DNA of 63,839 bases, counting the filler, from Reticulomyxa filosa (Eukaryota > Protista > Foraminifera), in NCBI GenBank assembly GCA_000512085.1. It is 15 parts of 15 records of this genome, joined end to end, with 100 filler letters (N's around TTAATTAATTAA, not from the genome) between each part and the next. Parts side by side here need not be neighbours in the genome. Positions count along the whole stretch, not along the records: positions 1 to 2,571 come from ASPP01002683.1; positions 2,672 to 5,404 come from ASPP01001234.1; positions 5,505 to 22,385 come from ASPP01006140.1; 12 more parts are not named here. One strand, written 5' to 3'. Under the pieces are notes generated by a model. That model saw only the letters and a list, made by a program, of their open reading frames with translations. It was not told where the DNA came from and made no database searches. Below, piece by piece: positions 1 to 13,084 of this stretch. Position numbers and translations under genes: made by a program. Positions within the stretch are counted from its first letter, which is position 1. Every line of letters begins with the position of its first letter.

Positions 1-27
1 AAAAAAAAAAAAAAAAATTCACTCAAG

Positions 28-424
28 GTATACATACAAACTTTGTCCATTTAAAGAAGCACAGCAAACGGATTCATCACCAATTCGACTTGGGTACAAT
101 ATACATTTTTATTTGTTTTTTTGTGGCTTTCTTTTTTCACTCATCTTGTTTTTGAAATGATTGCTAAATAGAAAATTTGTATCTTTTGATTATCGTAGTA
201 ATCCAATAACAATGCAATTTACAAATGGTCAATCATGCTGGAAAGGGCCACATCGATCATTGAAAGTGCGATTTTTATGTGCAGGAGAACATGAAATAGA
301 AAGCGTGAGCGAACCTTCAACATGCACCTATGAAATGCTTTTCTTGACTCCTTTGGCTTGCCAACAGCAAGAGTTTGATAATTTACGAAATAAAATCCAA
401 CGACAATTTAAGGAAGAACTTTGA
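28..424 (+). CDS. PRKCSH: Glucosidase II beta subunit (PRKCSH-like), C-terminal MRH domain; 5'-truncated
   Basis: Exons 28-93 (YTYKLCPFKEAQQ...IRLG) and 172-424 joined across a GT-AG intron. MRH motifs FTNGQSCWKGPHRS and SVSEPSTCTYEM..TPLAC. Ends in ER-retrieval-like KEEL. Confidence 0.85.
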
Positions 425-2227
425 AGTGTGCAATAAACTTCGTTTTTACTAAATCAAATAAGTCTCAATGCACAATAAATCGCAAAAAATTAGTTTCTGG
501 TTCTCTGTAATGTGATATCATTGAAAACACAATTTGCATTATTTATTACTATTGATATACAACACATAAACCAATTGATAAACAAACTTTTTCTGATTAA
601 ATAAAATCTATTAGCAAGAAACTTTTTCAAGCTTATAAATAAAAAGTACTTGATGCAACGATTAGGATATATATGTTGAGAGTTTTGATTGAACTAATGC
701 AAGTGAACTGGAAAAAAACAAATATAAAATTACTTATGTTGAAAGTAATTAAGAACAAACAAAATAAAAAAAACTCTTGGCAATAAATTAAAAAACATAA
801 GTTCTTATTGGATTTTGCTTTTTTTTATATCTAATTCATATCTTGAAAAATTGTAAATTCATAAAAGTAGTTATTTGTGGTGTTGTTATAGTTTGAATTG
901 TCAGAGTTTGTATTGTTTGAATAGTTGGGATTGCTTGAAGAATTTGAAGAGTTTACATTACGATGTTCATTGATCAAAACGGTCCTTCCTAAAAAAAACA
1001 AAAGCAAAATATATTAATGAAAAAAAAAAAAAATATCTTTAACTTGTTAGAGGAACAACTAGCAAGATTAAACCAAAAAATACTGATAACACAGTAATAT
1101 ATATAATTCCAAAGGTGTATACTTATCAATATATATTATGTAAAGCAAACTAACTATGCTTAAAGTTTGAACTACGATTAGTCCTTCATACGGGCAGCAA
1201 TTTACACAATGACATCTGGATAGCAGTTCGTTTAAGTAAATCTTGAGTTGGTTTTTTCTTTATTGAATCAGAACTAATTAAAAAATTAGGGTAAATGTAT
1301 AAAAAAATGAATTTTTTGAAATTGTAAATCTTTAATTTGTTTTCAATATTTCTTACATTATTTTTAAAGTAACAGAAAATTAAAAATAATATTTAAAAAG
1401 AATTTATTGACATGTATGACAAAACTATTGAGTAACAAAAGTTAGTTTTGTTATAAGACTTTCTGTATGATAAGTGATGACATTATGAATCTTTATTATT
1501 GTTGTTAGACAAAAATATATTTCTTAATAAAGAACATGTTTGTAGAAATAATGATGTGACACCAAACAAGAAAGTATCAAAATTTATAAGTAATATACAT
1601 AATATGGCTACTGTGTTATGTATTACTCATTTCTCAATTGTTAGATTATTGTCTCCTGCGCCAATACAAAAAAAAGGCAAAACGGAGCCAAGAGAAAATT
1701 GAAAAAGTAAAGACAATATTTTTGGAATACAGCAAGTAAATGATAAGAATTAATACAAGTAAATAACAGATAACAAATAACATATTGGCAAAATGAAAAC
1801 AAGGCAAATAAACAAACAAATAATTAAAAACGACAATTTGAAATCAGGTCAATCGAAATTCTTCCCTGTTAGGAATAGTCAATGATATGCAAATGGTAAT
1901 GAAGTCGATAAGTGACTATATCAGCGTAGAAAGTACAAAAAAGAAATAATATTTCAGAATAATGCAAACATATTATATTCTAATGTAAAAATATTATATA
2001 ATTTACATTATAAGAAGCTATCATATGCTAATTGCAGTAATTACAGATCAATAAACAATGACAAGATTAGCATCTCGTGAAAAAATGGTTGCCTTTTAAA
2101 TAGTTTATGATACAAAATTAATAGATGATTTTATGTTGACATTTTTTTACAAGAGACTCTCAACAGAATGGAAACAAAAGATGTTGTGAGTCCAATTTTA
2201 TTTTTTTTTTACAAAAACCAAAAATTA

Positions 2228-2571
2228 CTAAGTGCTATCAGTATCATTGAGTTTTTCAATTGTGTGAAATTTAGATAATTCAGAAACCGAGTCAGGAGTG
2301 GTATCAAGGTTATTTTTGACACTTTCGTAGTCTTGTTTGCGAACGTCTCCCAATCGATTGTATCCAAATGGCTGAAGATTATTATCAGAAGATCGTGATT
2401 TGGATCGCAATGCATTATTGACTGGACTAGAAGGCTGACGTAATTTAGGTAATGGAGTCTCCAAACGATAAGAACCCATGGATGGACCTGTGTGTTTCTT
2501 ACGCAAAATACATATATCACAATTGCCAAAATTAATGACTTGTTCAAATTCATCGACAGTCCATCGAAAAT
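2228..2571 (-). CDS. C-terminal fragment of a histidine phosphatase / phosphoglycerate-mutase-like protein (Det1/AT74-like)
   Basis: Frame is open to the contig edge: FRWTVDEFEQVINFGNCDICIL...SYRLETPLPK resembles the F.WT.E.FE...N..N C-terminal motif of Det1/AT74-type phosphatases. The catalytic RHG motif is not in the window. Confidence 0.55.
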
Positions 2572-2671
2572 NNNNNNNNNNNNNNNNNNNNNNNNNNNNN
2601 NNNNNNNNNNNNNNNTTAATTAATTAANNNNNNNNNNNNNNNNNNNNNNNNNNNNNNNNNNNNNNNNNNNN
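2572..2671. other. Artificial contig linker (44N-TTAATTAATTAA-44N). Identical linkers at 5405-5504, 22386-22485, 29880-29979, 32030-32129, 33830-33929, 48460-48559, 52029-52128, 54981-55080, 56978-57077, 58534-58633, 59796-59895, 61461-61560, 62721-62820
   Basis: Fixed 100-bp structure whose core places stop codons in all six frames. Confidence 0.98.
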
Positions 2672-2929
2672 CCCCCCCCCCTTTGTCCGTCTTTAATTTT
2701 TTTGGAACTTTTAAATGTCACATGTGGTATTAAAATTTAAATTGAATTTTCGTTCCTCTTGCAAACTTCATGCCCCGCCAAAAAACACCCACCTTTTTGC
2801 TAAGTCTTGGAACATGCGATCTAATAATGCAAGCTCTTTTTCATTGTAGCGCGCCCATTGTTCTTCCTTAGAGGAATTCTTTCTTGAATGGCCTGAATCC
2901 TGGTTCGGTTCGCTATGTCCATTACCCAT
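2672..2929 (-). CDS. 5' fragment of an unknown protein with possible N-myristoylation (MGNGHS...)
   Basis: ATG at 2929 reads MGNGHSEPNQDSGHSRKNSSKEEQWARYNEKELALLDRMFQDLAK, then a GT-AG intron; truncated by the contig end. Confidence 0.4.
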
Positions 2930-4059
2930 TTCGAATTTTTTTTTGTCTGTGGGATATTCAGTTTTAACTAGTAAATTTCGTGCTTTGAACTCCAGTTTAT
3001 TATTTAAAAATACAAAAAATATAGATCACGTATCAACTATGTATGAATTATAAAAGGAAGAATAAAAATTGTTTCAAAAGCATAAATTATACATACTACG
3101 TCTAAATTTCTTTTGGGCTTGATTAATTCTTTTTTATCAGTTTAAGTAAAGTCATAATATGGATGAAAAGAAATTAAATTATTTATACTCCACCAACTGC
3201 TCAAGTAGTAGAAGCAGAAAAATAAAATATATTTAGCTTATATTAGCGATCCTCTTCAGTGCATATTTTCAAATGTTATTGATTAACTATTTATAAGAAA
3301 CGAAAAGAGTGGACACTCTGGTTCATTCGCAATTTATCATTACTTTTTATTGTTTGTTAAATAATTGCATTATTTTTAAAAATATGATTGACAACCACTT
3401 TTTGTTAAACAATAAACAAAGACTTTTAATATTTCTTTCATAAATTGTGGAATACCAACGTGGATTTTATTCCAACTGGTTGGTATCTCAGGGCCTCCAA
3501 ATTCCTTAAGAAACTTGGTAGCCCACAAAATACGAAAGGAAAAACAGAGTGAAATTTATTTCAACTGGCTGCCTTCACAAAGACTTTAAAACACCGAATG
3601 AAAATTATAAAATAAACATTTATTCAAAACCCACAATGGAATAAACAATTAATTTACTTTATTGCCGATACTCTTCAGTTTGAGGCGTCCTAAAGGACAG
3701 TTAATTCATCAAAATTTTCATTGGAGCCCTCTGTTTCCATGTTTGAGGGCGTTTCCAAGATATTGAGGACAAAAAAAACACATTTCAATGTTTTTTTCTT
3801 TGTTTTCGTAATTGGCCCGCGCTCGGAAGCCTTTGGCTTCCTCATATTTTTGGCATTTCACTTTCATTTTGCCATTTCGCAATGGGAGAATGTATTTGGA
3901 CATGATGTCCTTTCCCTTTAGCGTTGGCGTTTTTACCCCTATTTTGGCTTTGAGTGCCGCTAATGATGAGTGGTTTATATATATATATATTTTAAAAAAG
4001 AAAGTCAAGATGGTAAACAAATTGTAAGGCAGCCAAGATGTGACATTTATCGAAAGACA

Positions 4060-4560
4060 TTCGCTGCTGAACAAAAGAAAAGGTGTGAATAAGCAACCAG
4101 CGAAAGTGATTGTGAAACCAAAGATACATTGGAAGATTAGATATTAAATACAAAAAGTAAAACGATTCCATAAGATGCCAATTGCCAAGGTGCTTCTATC
4201 CAAGACTGAAGATGTTGTCAAGATATTGAAAGACAATGGATGAAAGTGGAACTATTCGACAAAGGAATTAAGGCAAAAATCGCATTTCAAGCAATACAGG
4301 AAATGATACATATTGAACCATATTGTTCGTGAATTCCCAAAGAAGCGCAAAGTATGTAAGTATTGAGGATTGGCAAATTACGAAGTGGCAAAATAACGAC
4401 ACAATAATGACCCAAGCAAACGCAAATGTGTATTTGTCGAACGCAGCACCCAAGCGAATCATTGTAATGTGATGTGATTCGCAAAGCAAGAGAAAAGCTT
4501 GGTATTAAATTGACAATGAAGATGCATTCCTGAAGAAGAAGGACGGATGAATCATGTTCA
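4060..4560 (+). mobile_element. Degenerate non-LTR retrotransposon ORF1 (gag-like, zinc knuckles), copy 1
   Basis: Broken-frame translation VKRFHKMPI...LNHIVREFPKKRKVCKY*GLAN...KRKCVF...HPSESL; homologous to 4990-5404 and 60560-61000. Confidence 0.65.
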
Positions 4561-4689
4561 ATATTAAAATCACGTAGTCTTCACCACAATTGGACTTAGA
4601 AGTAACAAATGGGAACAGTAATATCGATAATTTAATGAAATCCATTGATCTAATTGTATCGAGAGTTGAGAAAGTTCAGTTTTTGGTTT

Positions 4690-4895
4690 TTCCATATATT
4701 TTATTCCAATTCTATGCAATTAATTTTTGTTTAATCTGAAAAAATGATTTTTTTCCAATCATCTACAGTCCAGTGTTTATATAAATTTGAAAATTCTAAC
4801 CTTGCTTTGATGACTATCATCTAAATCTTTCTTGATGTCTTTTGTAGTTTCGTACTTTCCAATTTTACGCTGAACTCGGAAAGGAATATTCTCAG
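4690..4895 (-). mobile_element. Tc1/mariner transposase relic
   Basis: Minus-strand translation IKARLEFSNLYKHWTVDDWKKIIFSD*TKIN matches the Tc1 RL.FA...W...W..V.FSDE.K motif (first catalytic Asp). Nucleotide similarity to ~37495-37720. Confidence 0.8.
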
Positions 4896-4989
4896 ATTTA
4901 AAAAAAAAAATTTTTTTTTAAATAATATTACTCCATTCATCAATAATATTAACTCTTCTTAAAAAGTAGTATTTTGAAAAAGATTGCAG

Positions 4990-5404
4990 TGCTGAACAAA
5001 AGAAAAAACGAGAAGAAGCAGTGATAAATCCCGAAATTAACAGATATGTCCTGCTTCGAGGTGTATCAATTCACGAAAGTGAAAATAAAATTAAAGAAAC
5101 ATTAGAGGATTATGGGTATCAAATACAAGGGGTGAAACGATTCCATAAAATGCCGATTGTCAAAGTGATGTTATCCAATTCAATTGATGTCGTTAAGATA
5201 TTGAAAGACAACACAAGAAAACGCAAATGTGTCCTCTGTCGTAAGCAACATCCCAATGTGAAGTGATTCGCAAGTAAGAGAAAAATTTGGTATTAAATCG
5301 ACGAGCATTCCTGAAGAAAAAGCATCTCAAACCATTCCTATCAAATCAAATGTGCAGCAGCAAGCAAAGAATTACTCTTATACTGATGCTGCTAAAAGTA
5401 TTAA
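4990..5404 (+). mobile_element. Degenerate non-LTR retrotransposon ORF1, copy 2 (internally deleted)
   Basis: ORF 5021-5266: RRM-like YVLLRGV...LEDYGYQIQGVKRFHKMPIVKV followed by KCVLCRKQHP; shares long stretches with copy 1. Confidence 0.65.
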
Positions 5405-5504
5405 NNNNNNNNNNNNNNNNNNNNNNNNNNNNNNNNNNNNNNNNNNNNTTAATTAATTAANNNNNNNNNNNNNNNNNNNNNNNNNNNNNNNNNNNNNNNN
5501 NNNN

Positions 5505-8500
5505 AAAAAAAAAAAAAAGGTTGTGTACATATTCGCGAAGGGTCTCAAATTCAATAATCTTCTTCAATGCAGTAATGATGTGTGCTACGTCCGATGTCGG
5601 ATTGATTCCGGACAGTATTTGGACTAATTTCGTTTCATCTTTTTTCACGTATTCGACCAACATTTTGCCAGTGATTTGTGTGCGCTGCAATGTCTTCCGG
5701 ACCAACTCTGCGGCATTCGGACCGATCTTTGAAAAGTGTTTGTGATACGCTTGAATCAAAATCGGGAGCTCTTTCTCGTTCATCGAGGTAATTCCACTTT
5801 GTTGTGTGAGGTTATCACTGTCAACTCCATTTGCATCGCCGGTCATAAACATGAGCAATCGATCCAACAGTTGTTGGAACTCGGCTTGCGACATTTGATC
5901 ACCTGCCGCATCGTTCTTTTGATCGGAGTCCTTCATATCGCCTTGTCCGCCCATGCAACTTACGGTCAGGTATTTGTCCTTGTCGGCGATGTTTTCTTCT
6001 GCAAATTGAACCTATTAATTCCAATATTCGAAATACTATCCTTTTGTAGTTTTATGAAAAAAACAAATATCAACAAAACTTTGGATATGCGATAGAGCAG
6101 AGCCTTGTCATTTTGGAAAATCCACTCTTGTGGATTGATGACGATTCGAAGTATGGACCCCCAAGAACCGAACACGGTTCGAAAGGATTCGAGCTGCGTT
6201 TCGGTGATACTTACACCGACTTCGTGTATATAGGTCTGTATCTCACTCAAGTTGCGAAAGCCTTTGGACAGGAATGTGACCAAGAAGCGACGAACTTGGA
6301 TTAGTCCCATCGCACGCGAGTGTTGAATCGGATCGCTTTCCGCAAATGTTTGCAAATGTCGATCAAATTCCTTGTCATTGGAAAAGGCAGTCATGCATTC
6401 CTGAAAGACCTTTCCATATCTGGTGATCAAGCCGAGCCACTTTGTCTCACAGCTTCCGAGTTGTGGCAATCCGTTGCTATCAAAAACAATACAGAATTAA
6501 GGGACATTAGATATGCATTGGTATATTCTGTATTTATTTTTAGAGAGAAAGAGAGAAAGAGATAAAGAGATAAAGAGATAAAGAAGAGAATAAAAAGAAT
6601 AAACTTGTGTATTTTCCAAAATTCCAAAATGTCTTGCATCGTCTTCGAAGCAAATGAACTTACCCATTTCTTGGCCTCCTCCCATTTCTTGTCTTTCCAA
6701 CTCTCATCTTTGTCCTCTTTGTTGACAAGGAGCAATTTCATAGCATTTGTGGCGTCTCGAAGCAATTGAAGCGAATCCTTGCCATCGAAACAGCGAAATA
6801 CATTGTGCAATGCTTCCGCGTAAGTGTCATACTTATTGAATTCCTGAGTGCCTCCATTGGTGAGCAGCACATAGAAAGCCATGAATTGGACCCACGATCG
6901 GAATTGCAACGAGATATGACATGTGGTCATAATGTTGTCCCATCGAATGTAAGTCCAATACATTTCGTCTGTCTTTTTTTCTTCGCAATACTCGATCACT
7001 TCTCGCTTAAACGCGCTAATAAAGTTGCACGAGGTCAATGCGCTCCCTTCGCGCTTGTCATTTGTTTTTGGCATGTCCAAGCCCAACTTCTTCAACAGCG
7101 AGTCCATCTTTTCGATTTCGTCTGTTCTCGCCTCCGTGCTGTGAAACTTGTATATTTTGAGAGACATTGCGTGATCCAGAGTGGCCTCATTCAGCTGCAG
7201 CGTTTCGATCGTCCGGGTGTCGGGTTGATACATCAGTCGGATCTGTGTGTAAATGGCATCGACAGATTTGATCGCAAACTCCAAACTCTTGTTTATTCGG
7301 TCCCCGGTTATCGTTTGATCCCGCAGTGTGCTTTTCGCAGATTCCCATCGTTGTTTGAACGTCTTCAGGAGTTCCGCCAATTTGGACATTGTGAATTCTT
7401 TCTCGTTTGGCTGATGTTGTTCTGAGGATTCCTGATATGCTTTATTCTATGAATTGCAAAGGTTTTTGACATAAACAAATATGTATGTGTGTGTGTATTT
7501 GTTTATGTATGGTATATATGTACCAGTCAACACATTCTCAACTCTCTGTTCGACCAATTGCCACAGACGAGAAGTAACCTCCTTATCCTCTTTCGAAATG
7601 GTGGCAATGGTTTGCTGAGAATACAATGCCTTCAACAGCGCTTGCTCATCAGTATTCACCATGGTAATCTCGTGTTTGGCCCATCTGTGCACATACGTTT
7701 CAAAATCAAAGGAGGGGATATCCCAAGTCAACTCATTTTCGTGTGCTCGCACCCATTGCCACAATTGATACGTATCCAGCTCCGAAAGCGGACGTAGACT
7801 CCACTTCAAGTCATTTGCTTTCAATAAGTCTTTCCACATGATCAGTGCAACGTCCGAATATCTGATCTTGTCGACGTCCAATAGCGTTTGTCGATGGAGC
7901 TCCATCTTTTTCCAGTCATATTTCAGCGCTTTGTCCAGCGTCCATCCACTCCAATTTTTCAACTCTGTGTCTTGTCGAGACATTTCCTCCAACTCTTCTC
8001 CAAATCGTTTGTTGTCAATGAGACAGCCCTCGAAAAAGCATTGCAGCAATTCGCGATTCGCTTTTGCTTGTTGGAACTGAAGGAACAGCTGTTTCAATTG
8101 CTCTGCGTCTTTGTATTTGTCGTGAAAACGTTGCAATATTGCAAAGTTGTCATCCTTGATCAGCAGATCAATCGTCTTTACGATTATTGTTTTGTTGGCC
8201 ATTGCCGAACACAGCTTCACAAACCAGGCCTGATAGTCGTTTAGAATTGACAAGCACTTTAGCCTTTTCGTATTAACTCCGTTTTTTAATTCAGTCAATA
8301 AACTGTAACAAAAAAAAAAAAGTGTTAAACAAGTGAGAGGACAGTGTATCGAAAGCAGAAAGCTTGGATCAAAACTTTAGCAATTGTTGTCCTTCGTCAG
8401 ATGAAAAATACACGATCCATTTATCACTCTCTTGGAATTGTAGCGATTTGAACCCTTCCAACAATCGGTCCATCACACCACAGATATTGTCCCATTGTGT

Positions 8501-11500
8501 CGTCTTCATCCACGTCTTCACTGTTTCGATACATTTTGCACGGTCCCTGTCATCGAGGTATTCAAACTTCCCTCCAAAATGCTGGCTTGTCCATTTCCAC
8601 GTTATCAAACTGAGAACTGTTTCTCTATCTGTTGAGACAGTCAGAGATGCACTTCTGAACACAAGAGAAATATACATATATACACACAAACATAAAGGAC
8701 GTGTCTAACAGAAGGAGGGGAGACTTTTGATGGACAGAATATCCAGTTTTTCTCCAAATTCTTTTTTCATCTTTGGCTGAGACTCAAGGTTCTGAAGGAC
8801 GTCCCATTTCAAATTGTAGGTCTCAATTCGCTTTGCAATATCGATAAAACTAATACCGACTTTGATCCATTTTATGAACAGCTGTTTTGTCTTTTCATTT
8901 GCTTCGTCGAAAAACTAGAAGTAAGCACAAACCACAAACAAAAATCATTCACTCTAATTATATACAAATATATGTATGTGTATAACCTTAATAAGCTTGA
9001 CGAAATAGTCAATAAACAAATTGCTATTGATCAAACTCTCCATGTCTGTGACTTGTTTGAGTAAGGAAGGAGATCCATTCAAAGGAGGGAGCATTTGAAA
9101 CAGTTGATTCAATCTATCGGCATCCTTTTGTGTCTCTGCTTTGCTGATCCAACAGGAAATAAAATGTAAGAAAAGTGAAATGGTCTTTTGGGACGGTGCG
9201 GCGTCTTGTTTAAATGTGATTCGGATCAATGACTGTGCCACCTCAACACCCTTTTCAAATAAAATGGTCCCACCGAATTTGTTAAAGGTGGCCGAATAGT
9301 TTTCTACTATCTTTGCCATTGAACTACAATTGGATGAATTAGTTTCCATCACCTTCAACACTTGAATGAACCAATTTTTGGATATTCACACCAAAAAATA
9401 TGTTGTATATATACATATGTGTGTTCATACAAAAAACAATGAAAGACATACGCTGAAGCAGTAAATCGACATTTTCAGTTTTTAATACAATCAACAATAA
9501 CATTTCCTCCGATGGAAACACTCGAAAAGAACTCAAATACTCGATTTCAATTTCCACTAATGGCAACACTTTATCAGAGATTGACACCATTTCCAGTCTT
9601 TGTTGCATTTTTGGTAGATGCTCCTTTTCAGAATGTCGCTCTGACAATGACAATAAATTATACCACAGCAATAAAAGGAACTTTTGGTGATCCCTTTGTT
9701 CGTTACTCACACGATTGGCTAAGTCGTCTCGAATTGTTGGCAAAAGGTCACCTATAATCGCTTTCAATTGGCTTGCCACCATCTGTGCCTGCAAAAATGT
9801 GGACATATGTATGTACATGTCAGTTGTGTGTCTTTATATTGCAAACATTCACTGTCTACACAAAAACAATGGGGAAAATTCAACAGAGCGTACGTTTGGA
9901 GTTTTCATTTGGGCAATGTGACGATATATATGTTCAATTCCACACGGAAAAAATGCATTGTCCTGAAGACGTAAAAATAAGCAAAATGCAAAGATTGGCG
10001 ATTTGATATGGTCCCAAGAATATCTAGTATTTGTGTCGTCCAGTTTTTTGATGGCCATCTCGGATATTATTTGAGGATGAAAACAAGAATGTTTGAACAC
10101 GTCCAAAGCCAGAGAGAAGGGTATCTTGTCGTCAATATTGTTATAGATATATTCAAAGAGCGCCAGCGAACACTGATATTGATCTTTGTTCGGTAGATCC
10201 AGTTCCACAATGAATGAGCTGTTATTTTTAACAGGCAGTGAATTCACGAGATTACTTTCATGTTTTGTTTTCTTGAAAATGTGCAATGATGTGACGCGGC
10301 TGCGAATTATCTTATGGACACACCATTGCACAGTAGGGGACGTGCAAATGGTAGCAAAGGGGATTTCTGTTGAATTTCATTGGCAAGTGGTTGTTATGAA
10401 AGGAGTACATATATATATATATGTATGTGTATGTGTATACACAAATGAAATGAAATAACCTTCAGTGGACTGCAGAAAATATCTAGTTTGAGACGACTTT
10501 GCAGATGCAAATAAAATGATAACGATAGGATCAAACTGCTCCTGAACATTAATCACGTCGACATTTTGCAAAAGCATACGATGTTGCACAGGTGCAAGAG
10601 GCTTTGAACTCAGTGGCTTGGTTGTAAGCGGACGAGAATCTTCATTCACAGAAGCGCATGGAGGGATGATGATTTCATCACTGGGTTTGGAATAATACGT
10701 GTGATTTGCCCATTCGCAAGCGGTTCGCAATTGCAAGGAGTACGCTGTCGTCGCGGATCGTATCTGACCTGGAATGGACGAAGAGAAGACAGACCAGTCA
10801 TTTTCGACGCCTTTGATCTTCTTTTCATAGCGAATTTTTCCCAGTGCCAATAGTGGCGAACGCCAGCAAATGTGTTTGTCCTTGGAGCTATCGATCGTAT
10901 ACGTACGAATATTTTCGGGAATGGAAGGACTCCATTCTGTTTCAATGGTGTTGATCTTTTCAAAAGAGGGTACTTGAAATAGTAAAGGCGTGCTCTCGTC
11001 AGTGAGTTCATTGATACCAGTCACGCCTCTCACGGTGACCAAGTACTCCAAGCCGCCCTTCAGTCCATCCAATTCCACAAATGTGTTTCGCGTGATTGCG
11101 ATGACCTGTCCATTATGTTGATTGTATTCGCAAATGTGGTATTCGACGTCGGTCGCGCTTGGCGATACAAACAGTGCAGACTGCCATTCGACGCGAGCGT
11201 AATTGGGCGTGATCTCGGTCACGTGTGGGAACAACGGAGGACGGGGACGCAGCGTCCATTGCAAACTGTCATCAAAACACGCCAACGTGGTCACTTCGCA
11301 AGGATAGGTACTTGGAAATCTGGAATGCGAGTCCTCGATGACGATTTCCAATGACAATGTGATTTTCGGTTTTGTGGCAGACGCTTGATTATGGCATATC
11401 GATTGTCAGAAGACAATTTGCGAAGCCACGACATCGATTCGGAACCGTCCTGTTTGATTTCCTCTTCTTTTGTGTCTCTCCAACTTATGGAAATCTGAAA

Positions 11501-12918
11501 GTACCATTTGCTCTTGTCTCTGTTCGGAGACGACTTTTGTGTCGATGGCGCAACGAGGATCGTATGTCGATGGATCGAGTCTAGCACGAATGGCTCCACT
11601 TGCCAAGTCACTATCAATGCCGTGGTTTCAATTCCGAGTACTTTCACATTCGTTGGTCGAATTAAAACTGATTTAAAAAAAAAGGAAAAGTTCAATTCAA
11701 ACATGTCCTTTTCGATGTTGGCACACACACATACATATACATATATATATATGTATATATATATACTTGATACCTGTTCTTTTGACCAACAAAGTCATTA
11801 TGCCTTTTGCCAAGAGTTGCGATGTCTTTGCTCTTCACTGTCGGATTCGTCACTACTGTCTTGCGTCTCTTCTTCCAACGACTCGGTGCTGTGTATCTCA
11901 CCCGCTTTTCCTCTTTCTTCTAACAATGACGCGGCATCACGGAAGCGAACCAATGTCCATCTCAAATTTAGACTGTCATCCATAATATTCGGGATCGTGT
12001 CTCTAAACTCCTGCTTTATTTTGTGTCTTAGCTCTTCAAAGTCCAATTGCTTCAATTGGATATCCTTCCATTCACATTCGCTTTTTTTCAATCGCTTTCC
12101 ATCGTCTACAAACACGCGGACCATCCGCCCTTTTTGCAAAACAAATTTAAAGTGAGTGTACGTCCACTCCAAATTTTACTTCATTGTTTGGAGTTTATTT
12201 TTGTTCAGGGATAAAATATAAATAAAACACTTGGATACGTAGCTCTAAAATAGAGTGGATGTGTCATGTTTATATTGTACCTAATGTTTTGACTAATAAG
12301 ATAATTGCAATTTGTTTTTTGCTTACTCTTTCATTATTATCACTATCACTATCATCTTCTCCTCCATAGTCTAGTATTTCGTCTTCCAGTCCTACATCGT
12401 TGCATATGGTAACATCTGCAGATGTATCTCTCAAATCTTCTTTTGCTTCTTTGAATGTAACTATTTCCCAATTGGGGTCAGATGGATCGTCACTATTCTT
12501 TTTCCTTAAAATTTTCTTCTCTATTTGTTGTACCAACCCATCGTAGTTCAGTTCTTTCAAATGCAAGTCAAAATAGTCACAGTCTTTCTTCCTCTTTTTC
12601 TTTCCGTCATCCACGTAAACACGGACAGTGAGTCTATTGTCTTTTTTTTTTTCAGTTTATCAACCTCGAGATTATATACCTTCAATATAAAGGTCACCTG
12701 TGTTGGATATGTCTCGAAGTGACTCTGATGTCATCAATGTTACAGTTAGAAAGGGAATTCAAGTTAATTCTAGGTTCACGCGTAACGGACATCCTATTTT
12801 CAGTAAACCAACTGATGTGTCTGTGTTCCCAAACACAGAGCAATAATTTCTTTGAGAGCATTTTCGTGCTTGCTTCTAGTATCACTTGATGTGAAACATT
12901 CAAACAATCAGTCCTCAT
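5505..12918 (-). CDS. Large multi-exon protein: two N-terminal PB1/ubiquitin-like repeats, several fibronectin type III domains, long helical region; 3'-truncated
   Basis: Chain of minus-strand exons (within ORFs 12694-12957, 12270-12614, 11798-12172, 11291-11728, 10377-11357, 9849-10331, 9339-9818, 8954-9361, 8369-8689, 7447-8298, 6427-7389, 5966-6469, 5505-5954) separated by short GT-AG introns. FN3 signatures RPTNVKV...LIVTW and PRPP...ARVEW...LDGLKGGLEYLVTVRG. One frame discontinuity near 11365. Start codon uncertain. Confidence 0.7.
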
Positions 12919-13084
12919 TTTTTCTTGCAAACAAAGACCAATTGATGAAAAAGACAAGGATGCACCGATTTTTAAGCCAACAAAAATTTATTTGTCTAAT
13001 GAAAATGAACACGAGAATAAAGCAATTTTGTAGCAAAAAGGAAAAAATCAGATCAAATTGAAAAAACAAACAACACAAAATGGA

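Noticed and set aside
3380-4074. Minus-strand ORF-like relic (KIGVKTPTLKGK..., FRILWATKFLKEFGG...)
   Set aside because: Broken frames and no motif I can assign; may be a decayed gene or element.
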